Virus record (IMG/VR): IMGVR_UViG_3300018915_000002
Reading direction: 5' to 3' (one strand)
Source: a virus
DNA: 64,000 nucleotides
Shown here: piece by piece, positions 46,937-56,808 of the stretch
Numbering within the stretch: position 1 is the first letter of the stretch
How the letters are laid out: each line of letters begins with the position of its first letter
The notes under the pieces: generated by a model
Database searches by the model: none
What the model was told of the DNA's origin: nothing
The model's input: the letters and a program-made list of their open reading frames with translations, nothing else
Program-made: the position numbers and the translations under genes

Positions 46937-49900
46937 ATGGTAGTTACAACCGAAACTGAAGCGATTAAAATCTTCGGTCCACCCATTGGGGCTGCTGGTG
47001 TACGGATCATTGAAAGGATCGGGACTAATCGAATTAATGGACCGAATTTTGGAGGAGTTGCCTTTGCTGCCCCCTTGAAGCGTGGTCCTTCTGGTGTGCC
47101 TGTGCCTGTTGCAACTCGTGAGCAGTATGATCGCATCTTTGGTGATCCCCGCGATACCAGATGGCACCTGTTCGCTGATGGCAGCTTCCTCACCCCTGAC
47201 GTAATCGACGGCTTCTTCACGATGAGTGTTGGGGCTGGCACGATCTGGATGATTCGCCTGGACTTGGAAGGGGAAGGGAAACGAGCAGAGGCGACTCTTC
47301 GGAATCGTTACGGCACTGAAATTTTGAAGTTCACGGCTGCTAACGAAGGTCGTTGGGCAGGCTATGGTCACGAAATTGAGATGACTCCTCTCATCGTCAC
47401 CACCTCCAAGACATTTACAATTCATGCCCCAGATATTAAAGCGAACGAGCTAGTGGGCTCGATCGCTTACTTCTCCTCTGGTAGTGGCAAGGGGTACGAA
47501 ATTGTTGCCAATACAAAGGCTTTTGATGGTGGGGAAGTAATTCTTACGATTTCTTCTCAATATGACTTAATTGCCGATGGGGTACATGGACCCGTCACAA
47601 TTGCAGGAACGGCTCGTTATAGCCGCTTGCGTAGAATCCCTGGAACAATTGCAGTTCCTCTGTATTCCAACCTTACGGGGACAGCAACAACTGCTGACCG
47701 GACGATTACGGGTACGGGTACTCGTTTTGACACAGAGCTTCAGGTAGGCGATAGCGTCTACTACCAAGGGGAGTCACGCGCTGTTGAATCTATTTCAAGT
47801 GCAACTACCCTAACAATTAGTGAACCCTTTACCGCAGATGGAGCAGGCGTTACTCTTCAACGAGATAATCTCATAGCCACGGGAACAGGAACTGATTTTA
47901 CTACCCTGCAACCAAGCGATCTTCTCTATGTTGTTGTTGACGGGCGAACCTACAGCCGCACCGTTGAAAGTATTAACTCTGCCACGTCAGTAACGCTAGA
48001 GTCTAGCTATCCAGTAGACGTAGGAGCAGGCACCCAAGCGCAGGTTAATAACTTCTGGGTCACCATCGTTGGAAACACTGATTTGGCGGCTTCACTTAAT
48101 GTTGGGGATGCGGTGATTGACCCCAACCGTCGCGGCGAAGCGGTTCAGGTGGTTGAAATTGATGCAGCGATGGGACGGATTCGCATTGACGAGCAATTTA
48201 GCCGTGATTTCACGGATGCTCAACTCGTCAAACAAAATCAATCTGTCCAAATTTCCCTCGCCTCCCCCAAAGGAAAAGGACTATCTGTTGAGGTTGCACC
48301 AGGAATCAAGTATCCTGCTACCCACTTCTCCTTGATGTTCTACTTCAATGGCTCCCGCCTCAAGGAAATGGACATTGCGGACGCTTCTCTTGACCCAACA
48401 GATTCCCTGTATGTTGTTCCTCTGGTCAATGATCGAAATATTGCTCATCGTGCTGGAAACAAGGTCTACTACACCTGGATAGAAGTAGAAAACCTCTTTA
48501 GTGGATCTTACACAACTGCCCCAACAAATGATGTACGCCCCTGGAATGGGTCAGGCGACATTCTTGCTGTAACGCCTCGACGCATCTACAGCGTTGGCGA
48601 TTTTGACTACGAGAGTGCCATCAATGCTCCCTTATACCCCAATCCTTACAGGTTTGCGCGACAAACCATCCGGGTCAAGGCGGCTCAGCCTCCAGTTGTC
48701 CTAGAAGGGACACTTTCAACAACAGGGGTTGAGGTTTTTGGTAGTGGAACCAACTTCCGCAGTCACTTCAAGAAGGGCGACTACCTCTACGATCCAACTA
48801 GCAATAGTGTTCGCATGGTGCGCGTCGTGACTGACGATGCAAGGATGACTCTGGATACTCGATTTGCTGCTGACATTCCTGCGGGAACCGTTGGACGGAA
48901 GGCTGGATATCTGCAAGCAGATTTGGGCGTGGATTTGACCAAGACTTGCAAAACAGGCGATCGCTTTATTGTTGCCTTCCAGAAATTTTTGAGTGGCGGT
49001 TACGACGGCGATCTTGGAAATATCACCCCATTCCATTACACCAAGTTCTTTAATACCGATCAAGACATTCTAGGACGTGCTGTCTATGGTAGCAACTTAG
49101 GACTAGTTCGGATCGCAACCCCTGATCGAACTGATATTGCGACTCAACTCCAAGGGGCAAATTATGCCTCTCAGACGGCGTTTGAGTACGTTCCTATGAT
49201 TCCTCCCACTGTCAGCTCGGCAGAAGAGGCAGAGGCGTTCGTCAATCTAGACCTGGGAAGAGATAACTTCATCTCCCCTGTTTTCCCTAGTTATGGCTTA
49301 ATTACCAACCCCTTGACCAATAATTCAAAGCGTCTCATACCTTTGATAGGTGACATGATGGGCGTTGAGAGCTACTTTGCAAATCTTCATCGTGGGTATC
49401 ACTACCCTGCGGCCGGCATAGATGCCCGTTTAACGCGAATTGAGCAGCTTCCGGTCGATCTTTCGCCAAAAGACCAAGCAACGCTCAATAATGCTGGCAT
49501 TCGCCCCATTATACGCATGTTTGGTCGCACTATCCCGTTTGGTGCAGAGGTTCCGGCAACGGATAGCATTTACACGTTCTTGCATGTTCGACGAATTCAA
49601 AGCAATTACGTGCGCCTCCTAATGGAGTCGATGCCACTGATTCGGTCATTATTCAAGCCGAACCAGCCAGATTTGGCAGATCGCATCCAAATGATTTTGG
49701 ATAATTATTTCCGAGGAGAGTACAAGAACGGAGTACTAAATAATTTCCGGACTTACGAACAGGCGATCCAAATCACGGTGCAGTCTCCCTTAGCAAGGAA
49801 CAGCATCGAAAACGAGAATACCCAAGACATGATGGTCGCTTTAGCTAACGGAGACCTGGACGTTTACATCACTTACTTACCAACGGGTATTCTAAAGAAC

Positions 49901-49951
49901 TTGTATATCAATTTAGGACCCGATCTTGTCACCGCATCTTTCACCTCGTAG
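46937..49951 (+). CDS. Contractile tail sheath protein with inserted beta domains
   Basis: AGVRIIE...LKRGPSGVPV.V...FG...GFF...A.NEGRW...LSGGYDG...HYPAAG...LNNAGI.PI...LHVRR...LFKPN. Confidence 0.92.
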   Translation: MVVTTETEAIKIFGPPIGAAGVRIIERIGTNRINGPNFGGVAFAAPLKRGPSGVPVPVATREQYDRIFGDPRDTRWHLFADGSFLTPDVIDGFFTMSVGAGTIWMIRLDLEGEGKRAEATLRNRYGTEILKFTAANEGRWAGYGHEIEMTPLIVTTSKTFTIHAPDIKANELVGSIAYFSSGSGKGYEIVANTKAFDGGEVILTISSQYDLIADGVHGPVTIAGTARYSRLRRIPGTIAVPLYSNLTGTATTADRTITGTGTRFDTELQVGDSVYYQGESRAVESISSATTLTISEPFTADGAGVTLQRDNLIATGTGTDFTTLQPSDLLYVVVDGRTYSRTVESINSATSVTLESSYPVDVGAGTQAQVNNFWVTIVGNTDLAASLNVGDAVIDPNRRGEAVQVVEIDAAMGRIRIDEQFSRDFTDAQLVKQNQSVQISLASPKGKGLSVEVAPGIKYPATHFSLMFYFNGSRLKEMDIADASLDPTDSLYVVPLVNDRNIAHRAGNKVYYTWIEVENLFSGSYTTAPTNDVRPWNGSGDILAVTPRRIYSVGDFDYESAINAPLYPNPYRFARQTIRVKAAQPPVVLEGTLSTTGVEVFGSGTNFRSHFKKGDYLYDPTSNSVRMVRVVTDDARMTLDTRFAADIPAGTVGRKAGYLQADLGVDLTKTCKTGDRFIVAFQKFLSGGYDGDLGNITPFHYTKFFNTDQDILGRAVYGSNLGLVRIATPDRTDIATQLQGANYASQTAFEYVPMIPPTVSSAEEAEAFVNLDLGRDNFISPVFPSYGLITNPLTNNSKRLIPLIGDMMGVESYFANLHRGYHYPAAGIDARLTRIEQLPVDLSPKDQATLNNAGIRPIIRMFGRTIPFGAEVPATDSIYTFLHVRRIQSNYVRLLMESMPLIRSLFKPNQPDLADRIQMILDNYFRGEYKNGVLNNFRTYEQAIQITVQSPLARNSIENENTQDMMVALANGDLDVYITYLPTGILKNLYINLGPDLVTASFTS

Positions 49952-49971
49952 TCCTTTACTCCTACTAACAA

Positions 49972-50520
49972 ATGCGTAAGGCTGTCCTTTCCTCCAACCC
50001 ATTTCCTCAGGCTAAACAACGTTTTATCGTTGATAACTTAGATGAGTCTAGCAACGTCGTTACACGCGACACAATTGAGATTGCAATTGAGACCACTGAC
50101 CGCCCTGACGGAACCAAAGTCCCAATTGGGAGAACGAATCCAGGCGAATTCAAAATCTCAATCGATCTTGCTGATGACAGAGTTCGTCGTCAATACGAAA
50201 ACTGGGCAGATGCTTGTATTGACCTTGGTTCTCGCTATACTTATAGCAATTCAGGTGTTGGAATTTCTGAAGATTATAAGCGGAATGCAACGCTAGTTTA
50301 CTACCGACTTTTCCAATCAGATAATCCCGATATGCAGCCATTAAAGTATAGGTTGATTGGCTGTTTTGTGACCAGCAGAACGTTACCAGACTACGCGATG
50401 GATGGGAAAGACATGGCTATGTATGAGTTCAATATTTCATACGACGATGCAATGAGATATGATGATGCTTCTGGCTTAGGTTTGAATACCCAAAATGTTG
50501 CCGCGTTAGGTGGAGTATAA
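49972..50520 (+). CDS. Tail tube protein
   Basis: Follows the sheath; YENWAD...YKRNATLVY...YRLIGCF......D....MAMYEFNISYD. Confidence 0.85.
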   Translation: MRKAVLSSNPFPQAKQRFIVDNLDESSNVVTRDTIEIAIETTDRPDGTKVPIGRTNPGEFKISIDLADDRVRRQYENWADACIDLGSRYTYSNSGVGISEDYKRNATLVYYRLFQSDNPDMQPLKYRLIGCFVTSRTLPDYAMDGKDMAMYEFNISYDDAMRYDDASGLGLNTQNVAALGGV

Positions 50521-50560
50521 GGCAAAATATTCTCTCTTCCATTGCCTTTTCTTCTAAAAG

Positions 50561-50597
50561 AATAGCCCCCTTGATCAATTCGATCAAGGGGGCTATT
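50561..50597. terminator. Bidirectional intrinsic terminator
   Basis: AATAGCCCCCTTGATC-aattc-GATCAAGGGGGCTATT. Confidence 0.8.
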
Positions 50598-50621
50598 ACT
50601 AATATTTCAAAAGCTTATGTT

Positions 50622-51743
50622 TTATGGCTTTTGGATGTGAATTGACTGTGGAAGCTCTGGTAAGCCCAAAAGCTTACGGAGCCAAGGCATTGCTTGGCAT
50701 GATACTTTTTCGCTCCAAGCCGTGGCGTTGCCATCCTCCTTCCAACAGAAGTAGAAGACTCCACGATTAGAGAGGTAATCTTTATCGACTTCTATGTAGC
50801 CGATTCCAGGTAGGGCGAAGGACTGTCTTTCGCAGACTCCAATCCGGCCAAGCTTATTCTGTACCGACTCCAAGGAATCGCATACGATTTCATAAACGAC
50901 TGGCTTGTGAATCTCCATATCTATGGAAATGCGATCGCCTTCGATAGGCTCAATAAACGACTTGTCCAGTCTCTTGTCATAATCCAGGTGAGGACTGAGA
51001 GAATAAACTTCATCGTAGTCAAACTCGCCATCGGCAGCACCTGTGCAGTACCGCCATTTGTAGACTTGCAGGATAAAACCTTCAGTCCATTGAGTATTGT
51101 AGGGCGTGATCGCTTGGTCGATCATTTTTTGAATCTCAGCGTCCGTCGCTTTGACTTGAGCGAGGAAGGCCTCATGCTCCAGTTGCCTCTGTTTTACTTC
51201 GGCTTCTTTTGCGAAGAGATCGCGTTCCTGTTGCTCTAGAGTATCTTCGTATTCCTGTGCATCCCGCTCAAAATCGAGTAGGGCAATTAAGATGGCTTCC
51301 TCAACAGAAGCTTTTTCAAGATCGATGTATTTGAATGGGTCTTGTTGAGTCCATTTGTCTTTTCGCGCATTTAGCTGAGGCTGGATTATCTTCCACTGAC
51401 TTGCAACTTGGTTAGGACACGAAATTTTGATGAAGCAGTTATAAGGGAGCTTGATTTGAGCGAATGGTTCGATACGACTATATTTGTCCTGGCATTCCCC
51501 CTTCGTAATCCGCCATCCGGCGCTAGATCCAGTGCTATTCTTTGTTAATCGAATGTTGAGGCTTTGAATTACCTCATCAGAAACGACTGTTTTAAACAGT
51601 TGCCTGAACTCTTCAATCGCCAAGTCATTGAGTTCGGCTTTTTTTCTCTCCTCCTCATCTTGCTTGGCTTGAGTGTCAGATTCAATCCGTGAAGTAACAG
51701 ACTGAGCGCGATCGCGTAGTTCTTGCGAAAGTATTTTCTTCAT
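50622..51743 (-). CDS. Hypothetical accessory protein with coiled coils
   Basis: TGTTATAAT promoter (51790-51798, minus) and AGAGTAAAACCATG leader. Confidence 0.65.
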   Translation of the reverse strand: MKKILSQELRDRAQSVTSRIESDTQAKQDEEERKKAELNDLAIEEFRQLFKTVVSDEVIQSLNIRLTKNSTGSSAGWRITKGECQDKYSRIEPFAQIKLPYNCFIKISCPNQVASQWKIIQPQLNARKDKWTQQDPFKYIDLEKASVEEAILIALLDFERDAQEYEDTLEQQERDLFAKEAEVKQRQLEHEAFLAQVKATDAEIQKMIDQAITPYNTQWTEGFILQVYKWRYCTGAADGEFDYDEVYSLSPHLDYDKRLDKSFIEPIEGDRISIDMEIHKPVVYEIVCDSLESVQNKLGRIGVCERQSFALPGIGYIEVDKDYLSNRGVFYFCWKEDGNATAWSEKVSCQAMPWLRKLLGLPELPQSIHIQKP

Positions 51744-51822
51744 GGTTTTACTCTAAATTTTGCGATAGGTTTTGTACCTACATACCAAAATTATAACATT
51801 AAACCATGTCTGCAATTGTGAC

Positions 51823-51836
51823 CACGGAACTCCGTG
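51823..51836. repeat. CACGG-N4-CCGTG palindrome #16
   Basis: CACGGAACTCCGTG. Confidence 0.9.
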
Positions 51837-51901
51837 TCAAAAGAAAAGCCCCCCGATTGGGAGGCTATAGCACAGTAGAAAACTGGAAAGGGAAAACTGG
51901 A

Positions 51902-52312
51902 TCAAGCAGCCGTAGTTGGAGCAGCCATAGTTGGCTCTGTTGCACTAGGTGGTGGTGTTGTCCCTGCCTGCTGCTTGTGAAACTTCAGCAATTCTGAAAT
52001 CTGGCGTTGCATCAATACGCAGTTCAGATAGTGCCAGGTAGCTGGCTTATTTTTTGCAATCTTATTTGCAGAGAAACCGTCAATGAAGGGGTAGGCTTTG
52101 AGGATATCGGCTCCACTTGCCATCGCGTTGATCGCTTTCACAGCCGCGTCCGCCGCTTGGGCATTCGCTTTCTGCATTGCGATCGCTCTGTCGTGAGGCA
52201 GCAGAGAATGCTTCTGCTGCTCGAACACGTTTTTCGATGGCAATGGGGAGATAGGGTAGTCGGAGAGATCTACCTTTTGTGATTCGCCATAGGGAACTGG
52301 AGTGCTAGGCAT
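51902..52312 (-). CDS. Hypothetical protein
   Basis: End of the baseplate-J transcription unit. Confidence 0.55.
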   Translation of the reverse strand: MPSTPVPYGESQKVDLSDYPISPLPSKNVFEQQKHSLLPHDRAIAMQKANAQAADAAVKAINAMASGADILKAYPFIDGFSANKIAKNKPATWHYLNCVLMQRQISELLKFHKQQAGTTPPPSATEPTMAAPTTAA

Positions 52313-52314
52313 AA

Positions 52315-53070
52315 TTATTTTCCTTTGGGTTCAAAGTCAGTACAAAAGTCGCAAGTTAGGGCGCTAGGGTTCGGAGCGCATCTTATGTATCCGCTTCTAT
52401 TGTAAAACTTGCAATCATTGGGATAAATAATCTGCGGTATAGCAGTCTCTTCAGGATTGGGAGCAGAAGTAGATCTTGACGCAAGTCTCCCGTCCTCATC
52501 CCTCGACACGAACCGATCTGGTGTCTGCTCAGGATTAAAAGCAGAATCAGGAATTCCTGTGTTGGGCTGCAAAATGGCTGCTGCCGTTCTTTGCATGTAC
52601 TCACTATAAGCCTGTTCTAATTCTGTTCGGATGACTTCCTCTTCTGCTAGAGGAAGTAGCTGCACATAGTTGTCCGGGTCATTAGGACATCCACCGATGA
52701 ACACAAACGACTTGTTAATATCAGTTCGGAAGAAGCGATCGCCGACATTGCGCCAAGACTTGATCATTTCTTCTTCAGAAGAAGCGATTTCTATGGGTGA
52801 TGGCGCAAATTCCTCATCAAGATCACAGATTTCAATAGAGGATACGATTCTCGTGTCTTGAGTTTCTCCCAGATCAACCCCATCGGTCACCAGATCCCTC
52901 TTCGGAACAATCCCTCCCGGCTGGAAGAACTGCTCTTTCCCCCACGCCCGAAACCGCTCAAATTCCTCTTTGAGATGTGGCGCGGCTTTTAGAATCCCCT
53001 CTAACAACGTGTTTACGTTCATCTGAGCCAGTTCAGTTCGATGGTACTTTGAATTTCCAGAAGATTCCAA
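52315..53070 (-). CDS. Hypothetical protein with C-terminal cyanobacterial DUF6464-like Cys cluster
   Basis: CKFYNRSGYIRCAPNPSALTCDFCTDFE. Confidence 0.55.
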   Translation of the reverse strand: MESSGNSKYHRTELAQMNVNTLLEGILKAAPHLKEEFERFRAWGKEQFFQPGGIVPKRDLVTDGVDLGETQDTRIVSSIEICDLDEEFAPSPIEIASSEEEMIKSWRNVGDRFFRTDINKSFVFIGGCPNDPDNYVQLLPLAEEEVIRTELEQAYSEYMQRTAAAILQPNTGIPDSAFNPEQTPDRFVSRDEDGRLASRSTSAPNPEETAIPQIIYPNDCKFYNRSGYIRCAPNPSALTCDFCTDFEPKGK

Positions 53071-54203
53071 GGCTGGACATCGATGTCCTCCAAGGCTTCC
53101 CCCGTAACAGCGTGTTTTAATTGTACCTTTGGAACTGCATAGATAGAAGCTGGCTCATTCTCTAGGGCTGTAGCTACCGTCGCGTTGAATTGCTTATCCT
53201 CCCACTTCCCGTAAGGGGGGTTTACGTTCTGCTGAATGGCAGCGGCTGCTACATCAAAAGCCTGCTGATTACTTAAGCTCGGCACGATTCGGATATCAAT
53301 CACGCCGTCGATTGGGATTACTTCCGCTGGTCGTACATCCAATCTAGTGCCAATCATTATGCGGCTTAGTAGCTCGGATTCAATGTAGGCTGCTAGGTTA
53401 CCGGGATAAACCGCTAGGGTTGTTAGATCTGAGTAATAGCCCCCATCACCATACTGGATGCCTTGGATAACGTTTACCTTCTCGGCTCCTAGGTTGAGTG
53501 CTGTTCGGTAGTGGTCGCGCCCTGTGACGCACCGCTGTCCCATCTGCAACTGCTGTCGCGCTCGAAGCATTGCTTCTGGAATCGTCTCCTGATCTCTGCC
53601 TCGGTAGATGATCCGGGTGTTGGTTACCGAGCCAACGAACGACAGTAGTGGAGGAATAGTAATGAATTCATTGTCTGGGATCTCAGCCCTTAACCGTCCT
53701 TCCTGATTAAGTCTCGCGAATACCGTCCCCTCTTTTTCTTCCCCCCCAATCTCCAAATCAGTTGAAGTATAGGCAACCAATCCTGAATATGAGCGAGCCC
53801 CTATAGGCGTTCCCAAGGGAATCTGAGCCGAAATTCCAGAATCGATTGCGTCCTGGGTTCTCGTGAACTTCAGTTCAAGTACTGGATACTCTTCATCAGA
53901 TAACTCGATCCCCAACATTCGGTATAGTTGAAGATAGGTTCGGTCAGGTAAGAGGTTTAATTCGTGCGCGAATAGGCTAAGGAGGTGGACTTCTGCCTCT
54001 GTTAGCTGCCCGTAGCCGGATAGAGGGTTTCTACCGGAAAAGGGAGACTCGGAGCCATCAGCAAGCGGCTGAGCCAGCCGATCCATTATGGCAGCGTAGA
54101 GTGCGGCATCGTCTACGTTGTAGAGCCACGGTGCTGGAAGGAGGCGGGCTTCCTTCTCCAGTAGCGTCATCAAGGCGTAGTGCTGTTTGTATTCGACAAC
54201 CAT
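53019..54203 (-). CDS. Baseplate J / gp47-like wedge protein
   Basis: AHELNLLPD..YLQLYRMLGI...IPLGT...SVTN....RGRDQET..EAMLRA...RCVT..D. Confidence 0.88.
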   Translation of the reverse strand: MVVEYKQHYALMTLLEKEARLLPAPWLYNVDDAALYAAIMDRLAQPLADGSESPFSGRNPLSGYGQLTEAEVHLLSLFAHELNLLPDRTYLQLYRMLGIELSDEEYPVLELKFTRTQDAIDSGISAQIPLGTPIGARSYSGLVAYTSTDLEIGGEEKEGTVFARLNQEGRLRAEIPDNEFITIPPLLSFVGSVTNTRIIYRGRDQETIPEAMLRARQQLQMGQRCVTGRDHYRTALNLGAEKVNVIQGIQYGDGGYYSDLTTLAVYPGNLAAYIESELLSRIMIGTRLDVRPAEVIPIDGVIDIRIVPSLSNQQAFDVAAAAIQQNVNPPYGKWEDKQFNATVATALENEPASIYAVPKVQLKHAVTGEALEDIDVQPWNLLEIQSTIELNWLR

Positions 54204-54266
54204 ATTAAAAAGCCGCCTACTTTCGTAAGCGGCTGATAGCCTTTGTAAGTTTTGATGAGCGGATAT

Positions 54267-54470
54267 TTAGAACGCCGCGTTTTCTGGGGTTACTTCAACT
54301 GGAACTGGAACAATATTTGCTTTATCTTCCTGGAGCCAGAATCTTGATTCTGCTAGCGATCGCATCGCGGCACTGACTTCCGGTGTGGCGACACTTGTTC
54401 CTTGGAACGCCTTGATTTCAGCTTCAAGTTCTTGGATCTTTTCAATCCATTCATCATTTTTGATCATCAT
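54267..54470 (-). CDS. Small helical hypothetical protein
   Basis: PEVSAAMRSLAESRFWL. Confidence 0.55.
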   Translation of the reverse strand: MMIKNDEWIEKIQELEAEIKAFQGTSVATPEVSAAMRSLAESRFWLQEDKANIVPVPVEVTPENAAF

Positions 54471-54472
54471 GT

Positions 54473-54486
54473 CACGGAGTTCCGTG
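54473..54486. repeat. CACGG-N4-CCGTG palindrome #17
   Basis: CACGGAGTTCCGTG, 2 bp from an ATG. Confidence 0.9.
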
Positions 54487-54737
54487 GTGACGGGTTAACT
54501 TATTCTACTGGATGCGCTACGCAAAAAGCGCAAAAGCAAGCAGCGCCCTACATTGACGTGAATAGTCATATTTTGTTACAATTGATACAGGGAATAAGAT
54601 AGTTTGTCAATAAAAAAGGCACTATCTATCCAACCTCAGAACCTAGTCCCAGAGGTATTTTCAGGATTTTTTCGATAGTTCTAAAAATGACTATTTTTGG
54701 ACTAGGATGTAATCAATCACACTCAATAAAGCAAACC

Positions 54738-55604
54738 ATGACTTTAGTTTTTGAACAAAAATTCACTTCTTTCGAGAGTGCTATAGACTGCTTAATCGAC
54801 ATCGGCAAAGCAATTGACACCCCTTTTTTCCCGTCATCGAAAAACGTCAAAGATTTTGTATCTGAGTTTGCTCAGATACAGGTTGGGAGGCGATTTACTA
54901 ATTCGGGATTTGGACGAGCCGATCTTGCCCTGTGGTTCGATGAAGAAGAGCTGCGATTTACTTACTGTTCCACCTCTGGAACGGAAGTAGATATGCTAAG
55001 CAAATTCAATGATGAGATGGAGGTTTACTCTGTCTTTTTAAAGGTTGGGATTCCCGAAGATCGATGTCACCCAGGTGGAGGTCATTACGAAGCGATAACC
55101 AGTGCTGTTCAACAGTACAACTGGCATCGCCTCATTGGGAATTATCGTGCTGTGATGCGCGGAAAAGATCGTCCAGTTGAGTACCTCCAGACACCTATTT
55201 GGGTGCTGGATTATGTCAGTAATACTGAAGCGTACCAAAACAAACACCAAGTAGACCATGTGTTTAGCCGCTACGGCTTCAGTCCCTGCCATGCAACAGG
55301 ATACAAGTTTGCATGGAAGCATGAAGACGGTCGAATCATCCTTCAAAAGCGAGGGAATGTCGAAGACACATTCTACTTGACTCGCGAAGAAAGTGATCGC
55401 CTCCCAGCGTTCTGGTGGAGCTTCCGCCGAATCTGTGAAGAGTTACGCCACAAAACGTGGCAGAAGGCGGTAGGCATTGATTTATCTAAGCCTCGCAAAT
55501 CTTTAAGGGACTCAAGTGAGTCCGAAGAGGAGGTATACGATATCGAGGATTACGATCTGTCTGCTACTGACTTAGACGAAGAACCAGAGGAAGTCACCAA
55601 CTAG
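54738..55604 (+). CDS. Hypothetical accessory protein
   Basis: Start assigned from the AAAGCAAACCATG leader. Confidence 0.65.
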   Translation: MTLVFEQKFTSFESAIDCLIDIGKAIDTPFFPSSKNVKDFVSEFAQIQVGRRFTNSGFGRADLALWFDEEELRFTYCSTSGTEVDMLSKFNDEMEVYSVFLKVGIPEDRCHPGGGHYEAITSAVQQYNWHRLIGNYRAVMRGKDRPVEYLQTPIWVLDYVSNTEAYQNKHQVDHVFSRYGFSPCHATGYKFAWKHEDGRIILQKRGNVEDTFYLTREESDRLPAFWWSFRRICEELRHKTWQKAVGIDLSKPRKSLRDSSESEEEVYDIEDYDLSATDLDEEPEEVTN

Positions 55605-55632
55605 TGATGACTTAGAACCGAAACATAAAACA

Positions 55633-55662
55633 ACCCCGTACTCAACCCCTGAGTGCGGGGTT
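55633..55662 (+). terminator. Repeated terminator hairpin, copy 1 of 3
   Basis: ACCCCGTACTCA-accc-CTGAGTGCGGGGT. Confidence 0.8.
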
Positions 55663-55726
55663 GCTTGTTACAGGACGCTATGTATAATTTGTTACAATAA
55701 TATAAGGACATTTATGTAGCAAAACC

Positions 55727-56017
55727 ATGCAAAGATATTTGCTAATCCAGCTAACCAAGGTTGACGGCGAAAATGAATACACAGAAAAAATACTCACTGT
55801 CGTTGAAGACAGTGGGTCTGACGAATCAACCAAATTCCAAGAAGATCGCGCAACGGCTAACAAAATTGCCTCTATCTTCTTGACCCCTAATTCCGCAGGG
55901 CAAGAAGGCAAGAGGTGGATGTTTGAGGACGATAACCGAGAGGTTTACGTCGAAGATGTAAAGCCTGTTACAGAGGCTGATTATCAAGTCCTCAGTCGGT
56001 ATTTAAGTTCTTACTAA
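55727..56017 (+). CDS. Acidic hypothetical accessory protein
   Basis: TGTTACAAT at 55690-55698 and AGCAAAACCATG leader. Confidence 0.65.
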   Translation: MQRYLLIQLTKVDGENEYTEKILTVVEDSGSDESTKFQEDRATANKIASIFLTPNSAGQEGKRWMFEDDNREVYVEDVKPVTEADYQVLSRYLSSY

Positions 56018-56034
56018 ATTAGGAGAGTAAAACC

Positions 56035-56271
56035 ATGCAACGACTCACAAGCGAAGAAAAGTCTATTTTGCTGAGAAACCAAACTAATCCAGTTACGGCA
56101 GCATTAGCCAACAGCGTTCTGCCAATAGGCGAAGACACAGAATTTTACGAAGGTGCTGCGGCTGGAATCGTGGCGGTTTGCAGGCTTTTAGAAGCTGAAC
56201 AGATCACAATTCCTTCAGAAATTAACTTACTGTTAGAAAGCTGTGTACGCCGGATAGACGCACGTCAGTAA
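56035..56271 (+). CDS. Hypothetical accessory protein
   Basis: AGGAGAGTAAAACCATG leader. Confidence 0.6.
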   Translation: MQRLTSEEKSILLRNQTNPVTAALANSVLPIGEDTEFYEGAAAGIVAVCRLLEAEQITIPSEINLLLESCVRRIDARQ

Positions 56272-56312
56272 AAGTGATTGTCTATACCAGTAGATCGCGC
56301 CCATAAACAAAG

Positions 56313-56343
56313 ACCCCGTACTCAACGCCTGAGTACGGGGTTT
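56313..56343 (+). terminator. Repeated terminator hairpin, copy 2 of 3
   Basis: ACCCCGTACTCA-acgc-CTGAGTACGGGGTTT. Confidence 0.8.
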
Positions 56344-56350
56344 TATGCGT

Positions 56351-56364
56351 CACGGTACTCCGTG
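56351..56364. repeat. CACGG-N4-CCGTG palindrome #18
   Basis: CACGGTACTCCGTG, between a terminator and a promoter. Confidence 0.9.
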
Positions 56365-56421
56365 CTACATAGTACTACCAATTTGTTACAATGTATTTAT
56401 AATCCTTTGAGGAGCAAAACC

Positions 56422-56805
56422 ATGACAAAGTATCGATGGAGTAATGTCTATGAGTGGTTTGAAGACTACATTAATCGCTTGGTGTCAGAAGGCAATATTG
56501 ATGAGATTGCCTCAATTGCCAAGCAATTTGCCCTTCAAGACGGAGATGATGCAATCCGCCATTTCTTTGAATCAAAGATGGTAAAGGATGGCTTTTTCAA
56601 GCAGGACAAAGAAGAGTTTATTGAACAGTTACGCAATGGCATCAAGCAGCTTCCTGCCTACCAAGCAGATAACTGTGATGAGGAAGACGAAAGTCAGTGG
56701 ATTGACCTGGAGGAATGGTTGAACGACATTCACGCAGAAACCTTCGATAGCCTGTACGAATCTCATGACACGGCAGAAGAGGCGATCGCATACCTCAGGA
56801 ACTAA
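56422..56805 (+). CDS. Acidic hypothetical accessory protein
   Basis: Start from GGAGCAAAACCATG; promoter TGTTACAAT at 56384-56392. Confidence 0.65.
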   Translation: MTKYRWSNVYEWFEDYINRLVSEGNIDEIASIAKQFALQDGDDAIRHFFESKMVKDGFFKQDKEEFIEQLRNGIKQLPAYQADNCDEEDESQWIDLEEWLNDIHAETFDSLYESHDTAEEAIAYLRN

Positions 56806-56808
56806 AAA

